64,000 nt of DNA from Alphaproteobacteria bacterium (GCA_965226045.1 CBDDBU010000027.1:18003-82002), one strand, 5' to 3'. Shown: positions 22,829 to 33,316, counted from the stretch's first letter. Program-made: numbers and translations. Notes: generated from the sequence alone by a model not told the origin.

Positions 22829-23197
22829 GTGGCGCGCATAGCTGGCGTCAACATACCGACGAACAAGCGCGTCGAGATCGCGCTTACGTATATCCATGGC
22901 ATCGGTCGCACGCGCGCCCGACAGGTGCGCGAACGGCTCGTGTTACCGCCCGAGCGCCGGGTGAGTGACCTCACGGAAGTGGAGGTCATGCAAATTCGCG
23001 ATCTGATCGACGCGGATTTCGTTGTCGAGGGCGACCTGCGGCGTGAGACGGCCATGAACATCAAGCGGCTGATGGACCTTGGCTGCTATCGTGGGCTGCG
23101 GCATCGCCGTGGCCTGCCGGTGCACGGTCAGCGCACCCACACGAACGCCCGTACGCGAAAAGGGCCATCGCGGCCCGTCACCGGCAAGAAGAAGTAG
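22829..23197 (+). CDS. rpsM: 30S ribosomal protein S13
   Basis: GTG start at 22829 gives the canonical [10 protein letters not shown] with GGAGAG 6 nt upstream. The six-frame start at 22817 is a less likely alternative. Confidence 0.93.
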   Translation: MARIAGVNIPTNKRVEIALTYIHGIGRTRARQVRERLVLPPERRVSDLTEVEVMQIRDLIDADFVVEGDLRRETAMNIKRLMDLGCYRGLRHRRGLPVHGQRTHTNARTRKGPSRPVTGKKK

Positions 23198-23206
23198 GGG
23201 ACGGCC

Positions 23207-23599
23207 ATGGCACGCGAAGCAACCACGCGAGTCCGTCGCCGCGAGCGTAAGAACATCACGTCGGGCGTGGCCCACGTGAGCGCGACCTTTAACAACACCG
23301 TTGTCACCATTTCCGACGTGCAGGGCAATGTCATCGCCTGGTCGTCGGCCGGCGCTCAGGGCTTTCGCGGCTCGCGCAAGTCGACGCCTTATGCCGCTCA
23401 AATGGCGGCCGAGACGGCGGCGCGCAAGGCCCAGGAGCACGGCGTGAAGACCATCGAGGTCCAGGTAAAGGGTCCCGGCTCCGGGCGCGAGTCGGCGCTC
23501 AGGGCGCTGCAGGTGGCGGGCCTCACGGTGACCTCTATCCGCGATGTGTCCACTATTCCCCACAACGGCTGCAGACCGCCTAAACGGCGCCGCGTCTAG
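23207..23599 (+). CDS. rpsK: 30S ribosomal protein S11
   Basis: 130 aa. Confidence 0.95.
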   Translation: MAREATTRVRRRERKNITSGVAHVSATFNNTVVTISDVQGNVIAWSSAGAQGFRGSRKSTPYAAQMAAETAARKAQEHGVKTIEVQVKGPGSGRESALRALQVAGLTVTSIRDVSTIPHNGCRPPKRRRV

Positions 23600-23698
23600 T
23601 CGCGGCGCGAAAGTGGCCCCGGTGCCGGGCGTTCGCTTGGGCAGGGGCCATCGCCAATTAGACGCCGCGGCTCATTGCCGCGCAATTGTGAGGTGGAT

Positions 23699-24715
23699 GT
23701 GATCCAAAATAACTGGCACGAACTCATCAAGCCCAACAAGCTGCTGATTGAAGGGGGCGATGACCCCCAGCGTTTCGCGACCGTGGTCGCCGAGCCGCTG
23801 GAGCGCGGTTTCGGTCTGACGCTTGGCAACGCGCTGCGTCGAGTCCTGTTGTCGTCGCTGCAGGGCGCGGCGGTGACCTCGGTCCAGATCGACGGCGTCT
23901 TGCACGAGTTTTCGTCGATTCCCGGCGTTCGCGAGGACGTCACGGACGTCATCCTCAACCTGAAGGCGTTGAGCGTGCGCATGCATGGCGATGGACCGAG
24001 CCGCATGACCTTGAGCGCCGAAGGCCCCGGCGAGGTCACGGCGGCGCGGATCGACACTGGGCATGCGATCGAGATCCTTAATCCCCAACTCGCCATTTGT
24101 ACGTTGGACGAGGGCGCCAGCATCCGCATCACGATGACCGTCAACGCCGGCAAAGGCTACGTTCCAGCCGATCAAAACAGGCCAGAGGACGCGCCGATCG
24201 GGTTGATTCCGGTGGACGCTCTCTACGGTCCCGTCAAGAAGGTGACGTACCGGGTCGAGAACACCCGCGAGGGGCAAAAGCTCGACTACGACAAACTTAC
24301 CCTTCAGCTCGAGACCAACGGCACGACGCGGCCCGAAGACGCGGTGGCCTACGCCGCCCGCATCCTGCAAGACCAGTTGCAGCTCTTCATTAACTTCCAC
24401 GAGCCCCAGGCGGAGGTGCGCGAAGAGGCCGACTTGGCGCCGATGTTCAACCGCAACCTGCTGCGCAAGGTGGACGAGCTCGAACTCTCAGTGCGCTCGG
24501 CGAACTGCCTCAAGAACGACAATATCGTCTACATCGGCGACCTCATCCAGAAGACCGAAGGCGAAATGCTGCGGACGGCGAATTTCGGGCGCAAATCGCT
24601 GAACGAGATCAAGGAGGTGCTGGCGCAGATGGGCCTTCACCTCGGCATGGAAGTTCTCGACTGGCCACCCGAGAACATCGAGGAGATGGCCAAGCACGTC
24701 GAGGAGCCCTTCTAG
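23699..24715 (+). CDS. rpoA: DNA-directed RNA polymerase alpha subunit
   Basis: GTG at 23699 gives [12 protein letters not shown] (alphaproteobacterial RpoA N-terminus) with GAGGTGG RBS; the TTG at 23675 is the alternative. Confidence 0.93.
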   Translation: MIQNNWHELIKPNKLLIEGGDDPQRFATVVAEPLERGFGLTLGNALRRVLLSSLQGAAVTSVQIDGVLHEFSSIPGVREDVTDVILNLKALSVRMHGDGPSRMTLSAEGPGEVTAARIDTGHAIEILNPQLAICTLDEGASIRITMTVNAGKGYVPADQNRPEDAPIGLIPVDALYGPVKKVTYRVENTREGQKLDYDKLTLQLETNGTTRPEDAVAYAARILQDQLQLFINFHEPQAEVREEADLAPMFNRNLLRKVDELELSVRSANCLKNDNIVYIGDLIQKTEGEMLRTANFGRKSLNEIKEVLAQMGLHLGMEVLDWPPENIEEMAKHVEEPF

Positions 24716-24743
24716 CGGCCGCAACGGGGGAGGGAGAGGGCTC

Positions 24744-25172
24744 ATGCGCCATCGGCTTCGCGGACGAAAGTTCGGCCGCACCAGCAGCCATCGTCGAGCC
24801 ATGTTCGCTAATATGGCGGCGGCGCTGGTCAAACATGAGCAGATCACCACGACCCTGGCCAAGGCCAAGGACCTGAGGCCGGTGGTCGAGCGCCTTATCA
24901 CCCTTGGTAAGCGGGGCGATCTTCATGCCCGCCGCCAGGCCATCGCCTTCATGCGCGATCGCACGCAGGTCGAAAAGCTCTTCGGCACCCTCGGGCCACG
25001 CTACGCCGAGCGCGGCGGCGGCTACACGCGCGTCATGCGGGCCGGTTTTCGATATGGCGACTCGGCGCCGATGGCGGTGATCGAGCTCGTCGAGCGCGAC
25101 CCAGAGGCCAAGGGGCTCGACTCGGGCCCGGTCGAAGGGGCCACGGAAGCGGAGGAGGCGGAAGCCGTCTGA
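24744..25172 (+). CDS. rplQ: 50S ribosomal protein L17
   Basis: 142 aa. Confidence 0.93.
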   Translation: MRHRLRGRKFGRTSSHRRAMFANMAAALVKHEQITTTLAKAKDLRPVVERLITLGKRGDLHARRQAIAFMRDRTQVEKLFGTLGPRYAERGGGYTRVMRAGFRYGDSAPMAVIELVERDPEAKGLDSGPVEGATEAEEAEAV

Positions 25173-25222
25173 GACGGTTTTCCCGCGTTCCGCGCGGCGC
25201 CACCGCCAAGGGGCGAGCCCAG

Positions 25223-26677
25223 ATGTTGCCGCGATCGGCGGAATCAAACACACGACGGTTCATGGCGGTTCGGCGAGGGGCGATCGCCGTCGCCGCTGTA
25301 CTGGCGGCACACGCCGCGCCGCTTGGCGCCCGCGCCGATGAGGCCTCCAATGTTCCCCGTTCGGCGGCGGAGCTTAAGCTCAGCTTCGCACCAATCGTTA
25401 AGGCGGCCGCGCCGGCCGTCGTCAATATTTACGCGCGCAAGTTGGTACGGCGCCGACAATCGCTGCTGCTGAATGATCCGTTCTTTCACCGCTTTTTTGG
25501 CGAGGATTTCCCTTTTGGCGCGCCCAAGGACCGGTTCGAGAATTCCCTTGGCTCGGGCGTTATCGTGGCGATGGACGGCCTGATCGTCACTAACAATCAT
25601 GTCATCGAGGGGGCCGAGGAGATCATCGTGGCGCTGCCCGATCGGCGCGAGTTTCCTGCCTCCGTGGTCGTCGCCGACCCCCGCACCGACCTCGCCGTCC
25701 TGCAAATCGACGGCGGCGATCCACCGTTGCCGCATCTCGAACTCATGGCGTCCGACGAGTTGGAGGTCGGTGACATCGTGCTCGCCATTGGCAACCCCTT
25801 CGGTGTTGGGCAGACGGTAACCAGCGGCATTGTCTCGGCGCTCGCCCGGACCCAGATCGGCGGCACCGACTTCCGCTCCTACATCCAGACCGACGCCTCC
25901 ATCAATCCAGGAGATTCGGGCGGCGCGTTGGTCACGCTCGACGGCAGGCTGGCCGGGATCAACACAGCCATCTACTCGAACAGCGGCGGTTCGATCGGCA
26001 TCGGCTTCGCCATTCCCGCCGATTTGGTCCGCGCCCTGATCGACGGGGCGGCCAGCGGCCATTTAGTGCGCCCGTGGCTTGGGGCGGCCGGCCAACTGGT
26101 GACCTCCGCCATGGCGGAGGTCCTTGGCCTCGATCGGCCGGGCGGCGTGCTCGTCAACTCCGTCTACCCGGGCGGGCCGGCGGATCGGGCGGGCGTCAGG
26201 GTTGGCGATGTCGTCCTCGCCGTCGACGGCCGCGAGGTCGCCGACCCCGCGGCCCTACGGTTTCGCATCGCCACGCGCCCGGTTGGCAGCACGGCGACCT
26301 TGATAACCGCGAGAGGCGGGCGGGAAGTGATCCGATCCGCGGTCATTGACGTGCCGCCAGAGGATCCGCCACGGCGCACCACGGCGCTCGGGGGCCAGCA
26401 ACCGCTGGCCGGCGCGGTGGTCGCCAACCTATCTCCGGCCGTCGCCGACGAACTCGGCCTTGGCTTCGCGGCGCGCGGCGTCATCGTCGGGCGAACGCTG
26501 CCCAAAAGCCCGGCGGGACGGCTGCAGGTACAGCCCGGCGACATTGTGCTGTTCGGGAACGACAAACGCATCGCGCTGGTCGATGATCTGGTGGACGCTG
26601 TGCGCTTGCCGCGTGACTCGTGGCGCCTCTCGATTCGCCGCGGCGAGCGCACGCTCAAGGTCGGTATCGCCGGATGA
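25223..26677 (+). CDS. Periplasmic serine endoprotease, DegP/HtrA family (trypsin domain + 2 PDZ)
   Basis: Signal peptide; His/Asp/GDSGGAL catalytic triad. Start may instead be the ATG at 25262. Confidence 0.9.
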   Translation: MLPRSAESNTRRFMAVRRGAIAVAAVLAAHAAPLGARADEASNVPRSAAELKLSFAPIVKAAAPAVVNIYARKLVRRRQSLLLNDPFFHRFFGEDFPFGAPKDRFENSLGSGVIVAMDGLIVTNNHVIEGAEEIIVALPDRREFPASVVVADPRTDLAVLQIDGGDPPLPHLELMASDELEVGDIVLAIGNPFGVGQTVTSGIVSALARTQIGGTDFRSYIQTDASINPGDSGGALVTLDGRLAGINTAIYSNSGGSIGIGFAIPADLVRALIDGAASGHLVRPWLGAAGQLVTSAMAEVLGLDRPGGVLVNSVYPGGPADRAGVRVGDVVLAVDGREVADPAALRFRIATRPVGSTATLITARGGREVIRSAVIDVPPEDPPRRTTALGGQQPLAGAVVANLSPAVADELGLGFAARGVIVGRTLPKSPAGRLQVQPGDIVLFGNDKRIALVDDLVDAVRLPRDSWRLSIRRGERTLKVGIAG

Positions 26678-27990
26678 CGAACCTATTCGAGGCGGCGGGC
26701 CTAGCCGCCGAAGGGGCGCTGCGGCCGTTGGCGGATCGTTTGCGGCCAACCAGTCTCGATGAGGTCATTGGACAGGACCATCTGCTGGCCGCCGACGCGC
26801 CGCTGGGCCGGATGGTGGCGCGGGGCCGTTTCGCCTCGCTGATCCTGTGGGGACCGCCAGGCAGCGGCAAGACCACGGTCGCGCGCCTGCTCGCCGGTGA
26901 AGCTGGGCTGCATTTCGAGCAGCTTTCGGCCGTGTTCTCGGGCGTTGCCGATCTCCGCCGTGCCTTCGAGGCGGCGCGCAAACGTCGCGCCGACGGCCTG
27001 GGCACGCTTCTGTTCATCGATGAAATTCACCGCTTCAACCGCGCTCAGCAGGACGGGTTCCTGCCGGTCGTCGAGGACGGCACGGTGGTTTTGGTAGGTG
27101 CGACCACCGAGAACCCCTCGTTCGAGCTCAATGCGGCGCTCATGTCGCGCTGTCAGGTTCTGGTGCTCAACCGTCTTGGCGAGCAGGCGCTCGAACTGTT
27201 GCTAGCCCGGGCCGAGGCGATGGACGGGCGCTCGCTGCCGCTCGACGCGGCGGGCCGGGCGGCGCTGCGCGACCTGGCCGATGGCGATGGCCGCTACCTC
27301 CTCAATCTTGCCGAGGAGCTGTTCGCCTTGCCGCCACTGCCACTGCTCGATCCGGCGGCGCTGGCCGAGACGGTGCGCCAGCGCGTCCCGATCTATGACA
27401 AGGCCCAAGAGGGGCACTACAACCTCATCAGCGCCCTGCACAAATCGCTGCGTGGCTCCGATGCCGACGCCGGACTCTACTGGCTGGCGCGGATGCTGGT
27501 GGCGGGTGAGGACCCGCTCTACATCGCCCGCCGGCTGGTGCGCTTCGCCGTCGAAGACATCGGCCTCGCCGATCCCCTTGCGCTGACCCAGGCGATCGCC
27601 GCGCGCGATGCCTACAAGTTCCTGGGAACGCCCGAGGGTGAGTTGGCCCTGGCCCAGCTGGTCATCTATCTCGCCACCGCGCCCAAGTCGAACGCCGCCT
27701 ACCGCGCGCTCGGGGCGGCGATGGCGACGGCGCGCGAGCACGGCTCGCTGATGCCGCCGAAACATATCTTGAATGCGCCGACCCGGCTGATGAGCGATCT
27801 CGGCTACGGCGCCGGCTACGAATACGACCACGCCAGCACCGAGGCGTTTTCGGGTCAGAATTATTTTCCGGACGAGCTGGCGCGGCAGCGCTTCTATACG
27901 CCGAGCGATCGCGGCTTCGAGAGAGAGCTCGCCGAGCGTCTGGATCATTGGGCCGGCTTGCGCGGCCGCGCTCAGAGTACTCCGGAATGA
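26674..27990 (+). CDS. rarA: Replication-associated recombination protein A (AAA+ ATPase)
   Basis: MTNLFEAA... GPPGSGKTT Walker A; ATGA overlap with the degP-like stop. Confidence 0.9.
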   Translation: MTNLFEAAGLAAEGALRPLADRLRPTSLDEVIGQDHLLAADAPLGRMVARGRFASLILWGPPGSGKTTVARLLAGEAGLHFEQLSAVFSGVADLRRAFEAARKRRADGLGTLLFIDEIHRFNRAQQDGFLPVVEDGTVVLVGATTENPSFELNAALMSRCQVLVLNRLGEQALELLLARAEAMDGRSLPLDAAGRAALRDLADGDGRYLLNLAEELFALPPLPLLDPAALAETVRQRVPIYDKAQEGHYNLISALHKSLRGSDADAGLYWLARMLVAGEDPLYIARRLVRFAVEDIGLADPLALTQAIAARDAYKFLGTPEGELALAQLVIYLATAPKSNAAYRALGAAMATAREHGSLMPPKHILNAPTRLMSDLGYGAGYEYDHASTEAFSGQNYFPDELARQRFYTPSDRGFERELAERLDHWAGLRGRAQSTPE

Positions 27991-28447
27991 CGCCCTTCGA
28001 TTTCTACGTCGGCGTCGATTGGTCGGGCGCGCGCGGGCCGGCGCTGCCGGGTCTGCGGGTCGCAGTCTGCTCCCCCGGATCGCGGGCGCCGCGTTTGCTC
28101 GCCAATCCTGCTGGCGGCGCCTGGACGCGGTCCGCCTTCGCGACGTGGCTGGCCAAGCTCACGCGAACACGGCGGGTACTGTGTGGCCTCGATTTCGCCT
28201 TCGGCCTGCCGTTCGCCGACGAGGGCGCCTATCTGCCCGGACTCGAGCCCGCGCCGCGCGGCATGGCCGGACTGTGGCGCCTGGTGGACCGGGTCTGCGC
28301 CGCCGACCATGACTTCTACGCTGGACGGTTCGTCGTCGATCCGCCCTATGGCGACTATTTTCTTGGCCCTGGCAGGCGACGGGGCGCGTGTTACGACCGG
28401 TGGCCGGGGCGGCTGCGCCTTATCGACCGCGTTTGCGGCGACTCTAG
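27987..28447 (+). pseudogene. N-terminal fragment of an RNase-H-like (DUF429-like) hypothetical gene, truncated by the IS insertion
   Basis: MTPFDFYVGVDWSGA...; the frame runs into the IS left end and stops at 28481. ATGA overlap with rarA. Confidence 0.6.
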
Positions 28448-28527
28448 CAGCCTGTCGGACTTGAGCCGGGAGTCGAAATAGGATTCGATGGTATCAGTTG
28501 ATTTGCCCGCGCGTGATGGAGGCCGTC

Positions 28528-29886
28528 ATGAGCAATTTCCGACCGGTCGACCGGGAGACGGGGTTTCTGCTGCCGCCGTCGGTGGAGGAATGGCTTCCCG
28601 AGCGGCATCTGGCGCGCTTCGTGGTCGAGGTGATCGAGCAGTTGGACCTCTCGGCGTTCGTGAAGGCCTATCGCGGCTCGGGCTCGGCGTCCTATCACCC
28701 GAGCATGCTGCTGGGGCTTCTGGTCTACGGCTACGCCACGGGGGTGTTTTCGAGCCGCAAGTTGGAGCGCGCGACCTATGATTCTGTCGCTTTCCGCTTC
28801 ATCGCGGCCAACGATCATCCCGACCACGATACCATCGCCGCGTTCCGGCGGCGTTTTCTCGACCGGATCGAAGGGCTGTTCGTCGAGGTGCTGCTGCTGG
28901 CCCGGGAAGCCGGGGTGCTGAAGCTCGGCACGGTGGCGCTGGACGGCACCAAGGTGCACGCCAACGCGAGCCGGCACAGCGCGCTGTCGTGGAAACACGC
29001 CTGCGAGCTCGAAGCCCGGTTGAAGGCCGAGGTGGCGGAGTTGATGGCGTTGGCGGAGGCGGCCGATGGGGCGGATGTGCCCGACGGGATGTCGGTGCCC
29101 GAGGAACTGGCCCGGCGCGAGGATCGTCTGGCCCGCATCGCCGAGGCTAAGGCGGTGATCGAGGCGCGGGCGCGCGAACGCCTTGAGCGGGAACGGGCCG
29201 AGTACGAGGCGAAGCTCGAGGCGCGCGCGGAGAAGGCCGAGAAGACGGGCCGCAAGCCGGGCGGCCGTCCACCCGAGCCGCCGGTGGCCGGGCCCGGGCC
29301 GAAGGACCAGGTCAATCTGACCGACGCGGACTCGCGCATCATGCCGGTGGCCGGCGGCGGCTTCGAACAGGCCTACAACGCCCAAGCCCTGGTGGCGGCC
29401 GACAGCCTGCTGGTGGTCACCAACGACGTGGTCCAGGCCCCCAACGACAAGCGGCAAATCGAGCCGGCGCTGGAAGCGCTCGCCCGCCTTCCCGAGGCGC
29501 TGGGCGCGCCCGAGACCCTGCTGGCGGACAGCGGCTACTTCAGCGAGGCCAACGTGAACGCCTGCGCCGAGGCCGAGATCGCGCCGTTGATCACGCCCGG
29601 CCGGGAACGCCATCATCTCTCCTGGAAGGACCGCTTCGCCGGCGCGCCGCCGCCCCCGGAGAACCCGACGCCGCTGGAAGCGATGACACATCGACTGGCG
29701 ACGCCCGAGGGCCGGCAACTCTACGCCCTGCGCAAGCAAACGCCGGAACCGGTGTTCGGCATCATCAAATCGGCCATGGGCTTCCGCCAGTTCTCGCTAC
29801 GCGGCCTGGACAAGGTCACGGGCGAATGGAACCTGGTGACCCTGGCCTGGAACATAAAGAGAATGTTCACCTTGCAATACGCTTGA
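28528..29886 (+). CDS. DDE transposase (IS1182/IS5 family)
   Basis: MSNFRPVDRETGFLLPPSVEEWLPERHLARFV N-terminus typical of IS1182-like transposases; DSGYFSEAN DDE region. Confidence 0.9.
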   Translation: MSNFRPVDRETGFLLPPSVEEWLPERHLARFVVEVIEQLDLSAFVKAYRGSGSASYHPSMLLGLLVYGYATGVFSSRKLERATYDSVAFRFIAANDHPDHDTIAAFRRRFLDRIEGLFVEVLLLAREAGVLKLGTVALDGTKVHANASRHSALSWKHACELEARLKAEVAELMALAEAADGADVPDGMSVPEELARREDRLARIAEAKAVIEARARERLERERAEYEAKLEARAEKAEKTGRKPGGRPPEPPVAGPGPKDQVNLTDADSRIMPVAGGGFEQAYNAQALVAADSLLVVTNDVVQAPNDKRQIEPALEALARLPEALGAPETLLADSGYFSEANVNACAEAEIAPLITPGRERHHLSWKDRFAGAPPPPENPTPLEAMTHRLATPEGRQLYALRKQTPEPVFGIIKSAMGFRQFSLRGLDKVTGEWNLVTLAWNIKRMFTLQYA

Positions 29887-29902
29887 GCAGGCGGCCGGAC
29901 TC

Positions 29903-30052
29903 CGTACCTCGCGAAAAGGAATAAGAGTATGCTCGCCTTGCGGCACGCGCGAGCAAGCGAACGTACTTCGTGCCCTCACGAGAGGGCATAAGAGTATACT
30001 CACCCTGCGGTACGCGCGGCCAAGCGACCGCACTCCGTGTCCTCACGAAAGG
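29903..30052 (+). repeat. Subterminal tandem repeat, ~60-66 bp unit x ~2.5, inside the IS
   Basis: Units begin CGTAC(C/T)TCG...ATAAGAGTAT(G/A)CTC(G/A)CC(T/C)TGCGG(C/T)ACGCGCG... Confidence 0.7.
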
Positions 30053-30129
30053 CGCTCGATCCCATGACCTCTCCACATCGCGATCCGTCCACACCCATTC
30101 TCGCGGACCTCAGTCCGACAGGCTGCTAG

Positions 30130-30586
30130 GCGCTATGGCCGCCCGGAAAGCGTCTTCAAGGCGGTCGGGGCGAAGCAGGTCGCGCTCGGCTCGCTTGCCG
30201 GTATGCGGGTCCTGCACTGGCTGCGTGGGGCGGCGCCGCGCGTCGGTATTTGGCCGCGTCAATCGCCGCGGGCGGGGCGCTCGCATGTGATCGAGATCTA
30301 TCCCGCGGCCTTCCTTGGCCAGGTCGGTTATCGCGCGCGCAAGATTCGCGACCTCGCCACCCTCAACGACGTGATCGCGGCGTTCCAAAGCCGGCCGGTG
30401 CGAGACGGCAGCCTCGACGGGCCCGCCCGCGATGTCGACGACAAGACCGACGCGCTGGTCGCGGTGGCGGCAATTCGTGCGCTGGCCGGCGAGCGCGATT
30501 GTTGGCGTCCACCCGGTTGGACGATGGCGGCGCGAAGGCGTGAAGGGTGGATATTCGGTGTGTCCGAAGGGACGCGCGCGCGGTGA
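30130..30586 (+). pseudogene. C-terminal fragment of the IS-disrupted RNase-H-like (DUF429-like) gene
   Basis: Frame open from 30068; ...RRYGRPESVFKAVGAKQVALGSLAGMRVLHWLRG...DDKTDALVAVAAIRALAGE. Confidence 0.55.
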
Positions 30587-30594
30587 AGCTCGTG

Positions 30595-30963
30595 ATGGCC
30601 ATCGCCGTTGGCGGTGCGATCGGGGCGGTCGCGCGCCACTACGCGTCGGGCCAGGTCATGCGGCTGGTCGGAATGGGATTTCCATTCGGCACGTTGCTCG
30701 TTAACGTCGTGGGCTCGTTCGCGATGGGCGCCTTGGTCGAGGTCATGGCCTTGCGCTGGAGCGTCGGCCCGGAGTTGCGCGGCTTTCTCACTGTCGGAGT
30801 GCTCGGCGCGTTCACCACGTTCTCGACCTTCTCGCTCGATTTTGTGGTGCTGACCGAGCGCGGTCAGTTAGGCCTTGCGGTGCTCTACGCCGTGGTCTCG
30901 GTGGCCCTCTCGGTGGCCGGGCTGTTCGCCGGTATGCACCTGTTGCGCGGCATATTGGTATGA
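30595..30963 (+). CDS. crcB: Fluoride ion channel CrcB/FluC
   Basis: MAIAVGGAIGAVARH...GTLLVNVVGSFAMG...GAFTTFSTFS. Confidence 0.85.
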   Translation: MAIAVGGAIGAVARHYASGQVMRLVGMGFPFGTLLVNVVGSFAMGALVEVMALRWSVGPELRGFLTVGVLGAFTTFSTFSLDFVVLTERGQLGLAVLYAVVSVALSVAGLFAGMHLLRGILV

Positions 30964-31919
30964 ACGGCGGCAGCCTTGTGACCGTCGGCGCGGCGGAGAC
31001 CGGGCTGCGCCTCGACCGTTGGTTCAAGCGCCACTACGAGGGTCTGGGCCATGGGCGTTTGTCGCGCCTCCTGCGCACCGGCCAAATTCGAGTCGATGGC
31101 GCCAGGGTGCGCGGAGGGCATCGTTTGGAGGCCGGCCAGCGGGTCCGCGTGCCCCCCCTCGGCGAGGCCTCCGCACCGCCGCGCCCGGCGCCAGCGCCGG
31201 TCGATCAGGGCGACGCCGAGCTTCTGCGCGGGGCGATCTTGCATATCGACAAATCGGTGATCGTGATCAACAAGCCGGGCGGGTTGGCGGTCCAGGGCGG
31301 CAGCGGCACTCATCGACACCTTGACGCGATGCTCGATGCCCTGCGCCTTGATGGCGCCGAGCGACCTCGCCTCGTGCACCGCTTGGACAAGGATACGAGC
31401 GGGACCTTGGTGCTCGCTCGTGACGCCCGTGCGGCCGCTGCCATCGCCGCCGTTTTCCGTCGCCACGAGGCCCAAAAACTGTACTGGGCGCTGGTGGACG
31501 GCGTGCCGCGACGGCTGTCGGGGGGGATCCGGTTGCCGTTGAGCAAGGTTCGCGGACCACGGGGCGAACGCATGGCGGCCAATCCCGAGGGCAAGAGCGC
31601 GCAGACCGACTACCGGACGATCGAGAAGGCCGGGCGGCGGCTCGCCTGGCTCGCACTCACACCATTGACGGGGCGAACCCACCAGCTTCGCGCTCATTGC
31701 GCCGCGCTCGGGACCCCCATTCTCGGTGATCGAAAATACGATGCGAAGCGTAGCGAGGGGACCGGAGAAGGGCCGAGCGTGGCGGTATTGTGCCTCCACG
31801 CGCGCTCGATCGCGCTGCCCCATCCCGACGGCGGCGAGCTGAGCGTGGTGGCGCCGTTGTCCGAGCCTCTGCGTCAGGTATGGGAACACTTTGGCTTCGC
31901 GCCCGACGCGAGCGGCTGA
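30960..31919 (+). CDS. RluA-family 23S rRNA pseudouridine synthase (S4 + catalytic domain)
   Basis: HRLDKDTSGTLVLAR catalytic Asp motif. Confidence 0.9.
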   Translation: MNGGSLVTVGAAETGLRLDRWFKRHYEGLGHGRLSRLLRTGQIRVDGARVRGGHRLEAGQRVRVPPLGEASAPPRPAPAPVDQGDAELLRGAILHIDKSVIVINKPGGLAVQGGSGTHRHLDAMLDALRLDGAERPRLVHRLDKDTSGTLVLARDARAAAAIAAVFRRHEAQKLYWALVDGVPRRLSGGIRLPLSKVRGPRGERMAANPEGKSAQTDYRTIEKAGRRLAWLALTPLTGRTHQLRAHCAALGTPILGDRKYDAKRSEGTGEGPSVAVLCLHARSIALPHPDGGELSVVAPLSEPLRQVWEHFGFAPDASG

Positions 31920-32600
31920 ATGGGCGCCGTGCGGCTGATCGTCTTCGACTGCGATGGCACCATTGTGGACAGCGCCGCGACGATCGTCGGGTCGATGGCC
32001 GCCGCCTTCACCGAGAATAGGCTTGTCCCCCCCGATCCGGCCGACGTGCGTCGCATCATTGGCCTCTCGCTGCCCGAGGCGGTGAGCCAACTGATGACCG
32101 AGCTGCCGGCGGGTGAGGTTGGTCGCGTGGTCGCGAGCTATAAAGAGGCTTTCGCGGCCGCGCATACCTGCCCCGACGACCGCGACCCGCTGTTTCCTGG
32201 CGTGCTCGCAGCGTTCGATGCGCTGGACGAGGCCGGCTATCTGCTCGGCGTCGCGACCGGTAAGTCGCGTCGCGGGCTCGAACGGGTCCTCGGCGAGCAC
32301 GGCCTGCGTCATCGCTTCGTTACCCTGCATACGGCCGACGACGCGCCCGGCAAGCCGCATCCGGCGATGCTGGAGCAGGCGATGGCGGAGGCCGGTGCCG
32401 GCCCGCGCGAGACCGCGCTGATTGGCGATACGACCTTCGACATCGGGATGGCGCGGAACGCTCGGGCGACCGCCATCGGCGTCTCGTGGGGCTATCATGA
32501 GCCCGACGAATTGCGGCGGGCTGGCGCGATGCGCGTCATTGATAGCTTTGACGGATTGGCCGCGCTGTTGGCGGCGCTGGTGCCGGCGCGCGGCGGGTGA
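31920..32600 (+). CDS. HAD-superfamily hydrolase (phosphoglycolate phosphatase-like)
   Basis: LIVFDCDGTIVDS motif I; GDTTFD motif IV. Confidence 0.85.
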   Translation: MGAVRLIVFDCDGTIVDSAATIVGSMAAAFTENRLVPPDPADVRRIIGLSLPEAVSQLMTELPAGEVGRVVASYKEAFAAAHTCPDDRDPLFPGVLAAFDALDEAGYLLGVATGKSRRGLERVLGEHGLRHRFVTLHTADDAPGKPHPAMLEQAMAEAGAGPRETALIGDTTFDIGMARNARATAIGVSWGYHEPDELRRAGAMRVIDSFDGLAALLAALVPARGG

Positions 32601-33316
32601 CCAAGCCCATACGCGGCGCTGGCCGGCGCTTCTATGAGGACGTTGGCGTGGCCGCGGTGGGCGGCGCCTTTCGCGTCACCCTTGATGGTCGCGCGGTCCG
32701 TACACTCAAGCGGGCGCCCCTGAGCGTGCCGACTCCAGCGCTCGCCGAAGCCGTCGCGGCGGAGTGGGCGGCGCAAGGCGAAACCATCGTGCCGAGCAGC
32801 ATGCCGTTGACCAAACTCGCCACGAGCGCTGTCGATCTCGTGCCGAATCACCGCGAACAGGTGATATCCGAGATCGCCGTCTACGTGGCGACGGACCTCG
32901 TCTGCTATCGCGCCGAGGTGCCGCTCGAGCTGGCGGCACGTCAGCGCGCCGCCTGGCAACCGCTCCTCGACTGGTTCGAGCGACGCTTTCAGGCCGGTCT
33001 TCGGGTGACGGCCGGCGTCCAGCCGGTGGCTCAGGACAAGGCGTCGGCACGGAGGGTCGCCACGATCCTGGGCGGATACGACGCCACCATGCTCGCCGGT
33101 CTGCACAGCGCGACGACAATCACCGGCTCGGTCGTGATCGGACTCGCGCTCGCCGAGGGCGAGATCGATGCCGACGCCGCCTGGCGTGCGTGCGTTGTCG
33201 ACCAGGCATTTCAGAGCGAGCGCTGGGGCGTCGACGCGCAAGCGGCGAGCCGCGACGACTCGCTGCGCGGCGATCTCGAAGCGGCGGCGGCCTTCATGCA
33301 CCATAGTCGCGTCTGA
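32597..33316 (+). CDS. ATP12-family F1-ATPase assembly chaperone-like protein
   Basis: KRFYEDVGV...[34 protein letters not shown] pattern. Confidence 0.8.
   Translation: MTKPIRGAGRRFYEDVGVAAVGGAFRVTLDGRAVRTLKRAPLSVPTPALAEAVAAEWAAQGETIVPSSMPLTKLATSAVDLVPNHREQVISEIAVYVATDLVCYRAEVPLELAARQRAAWQPLLDWFERRFQAGLRVTAGVQPVAQDKASARRVATILGGYDATMLAGLHSATTITGSVVIGLALAEGEIDADAAWRACVVDQAFQSERWGVDAQAASRDDSLRGDLEAAAAFMHHSRV

Larger units (their letters stand above)
28444..30129 (+). mobile_element. IS element, IS1182/IS5-family-like, ~1.69 kb, flanked by CTAG on both sides
   Basis: Terminal inverted repeats CTAGCAGCCTGTCGGACTTGAG (28444-65) and CTCAGTCCGACAGGCTGCTAG (30109-29). Removing the insert and one CTAG restores a continuous host ORF. 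Confidence 0.8.

Noticed and set aside
17769-22829. Absence of rpmJ/infA between secY and rpsM
   Set aside because: adk follows secY directly in many alphaproteobacteria, so this is not an anomaly.
29903-30052. CRISPR array
   Set aside because: Only ~2.5 units, with no unique spacers between conserved repeats. It lies inside an IS.
30480-30595. Fluoride riboswitch upstream of crcB
   Set aside because: No crcB-motif pseudoknot elements were seen by eye. The region is coding sequence of the disrupted upstream gene.
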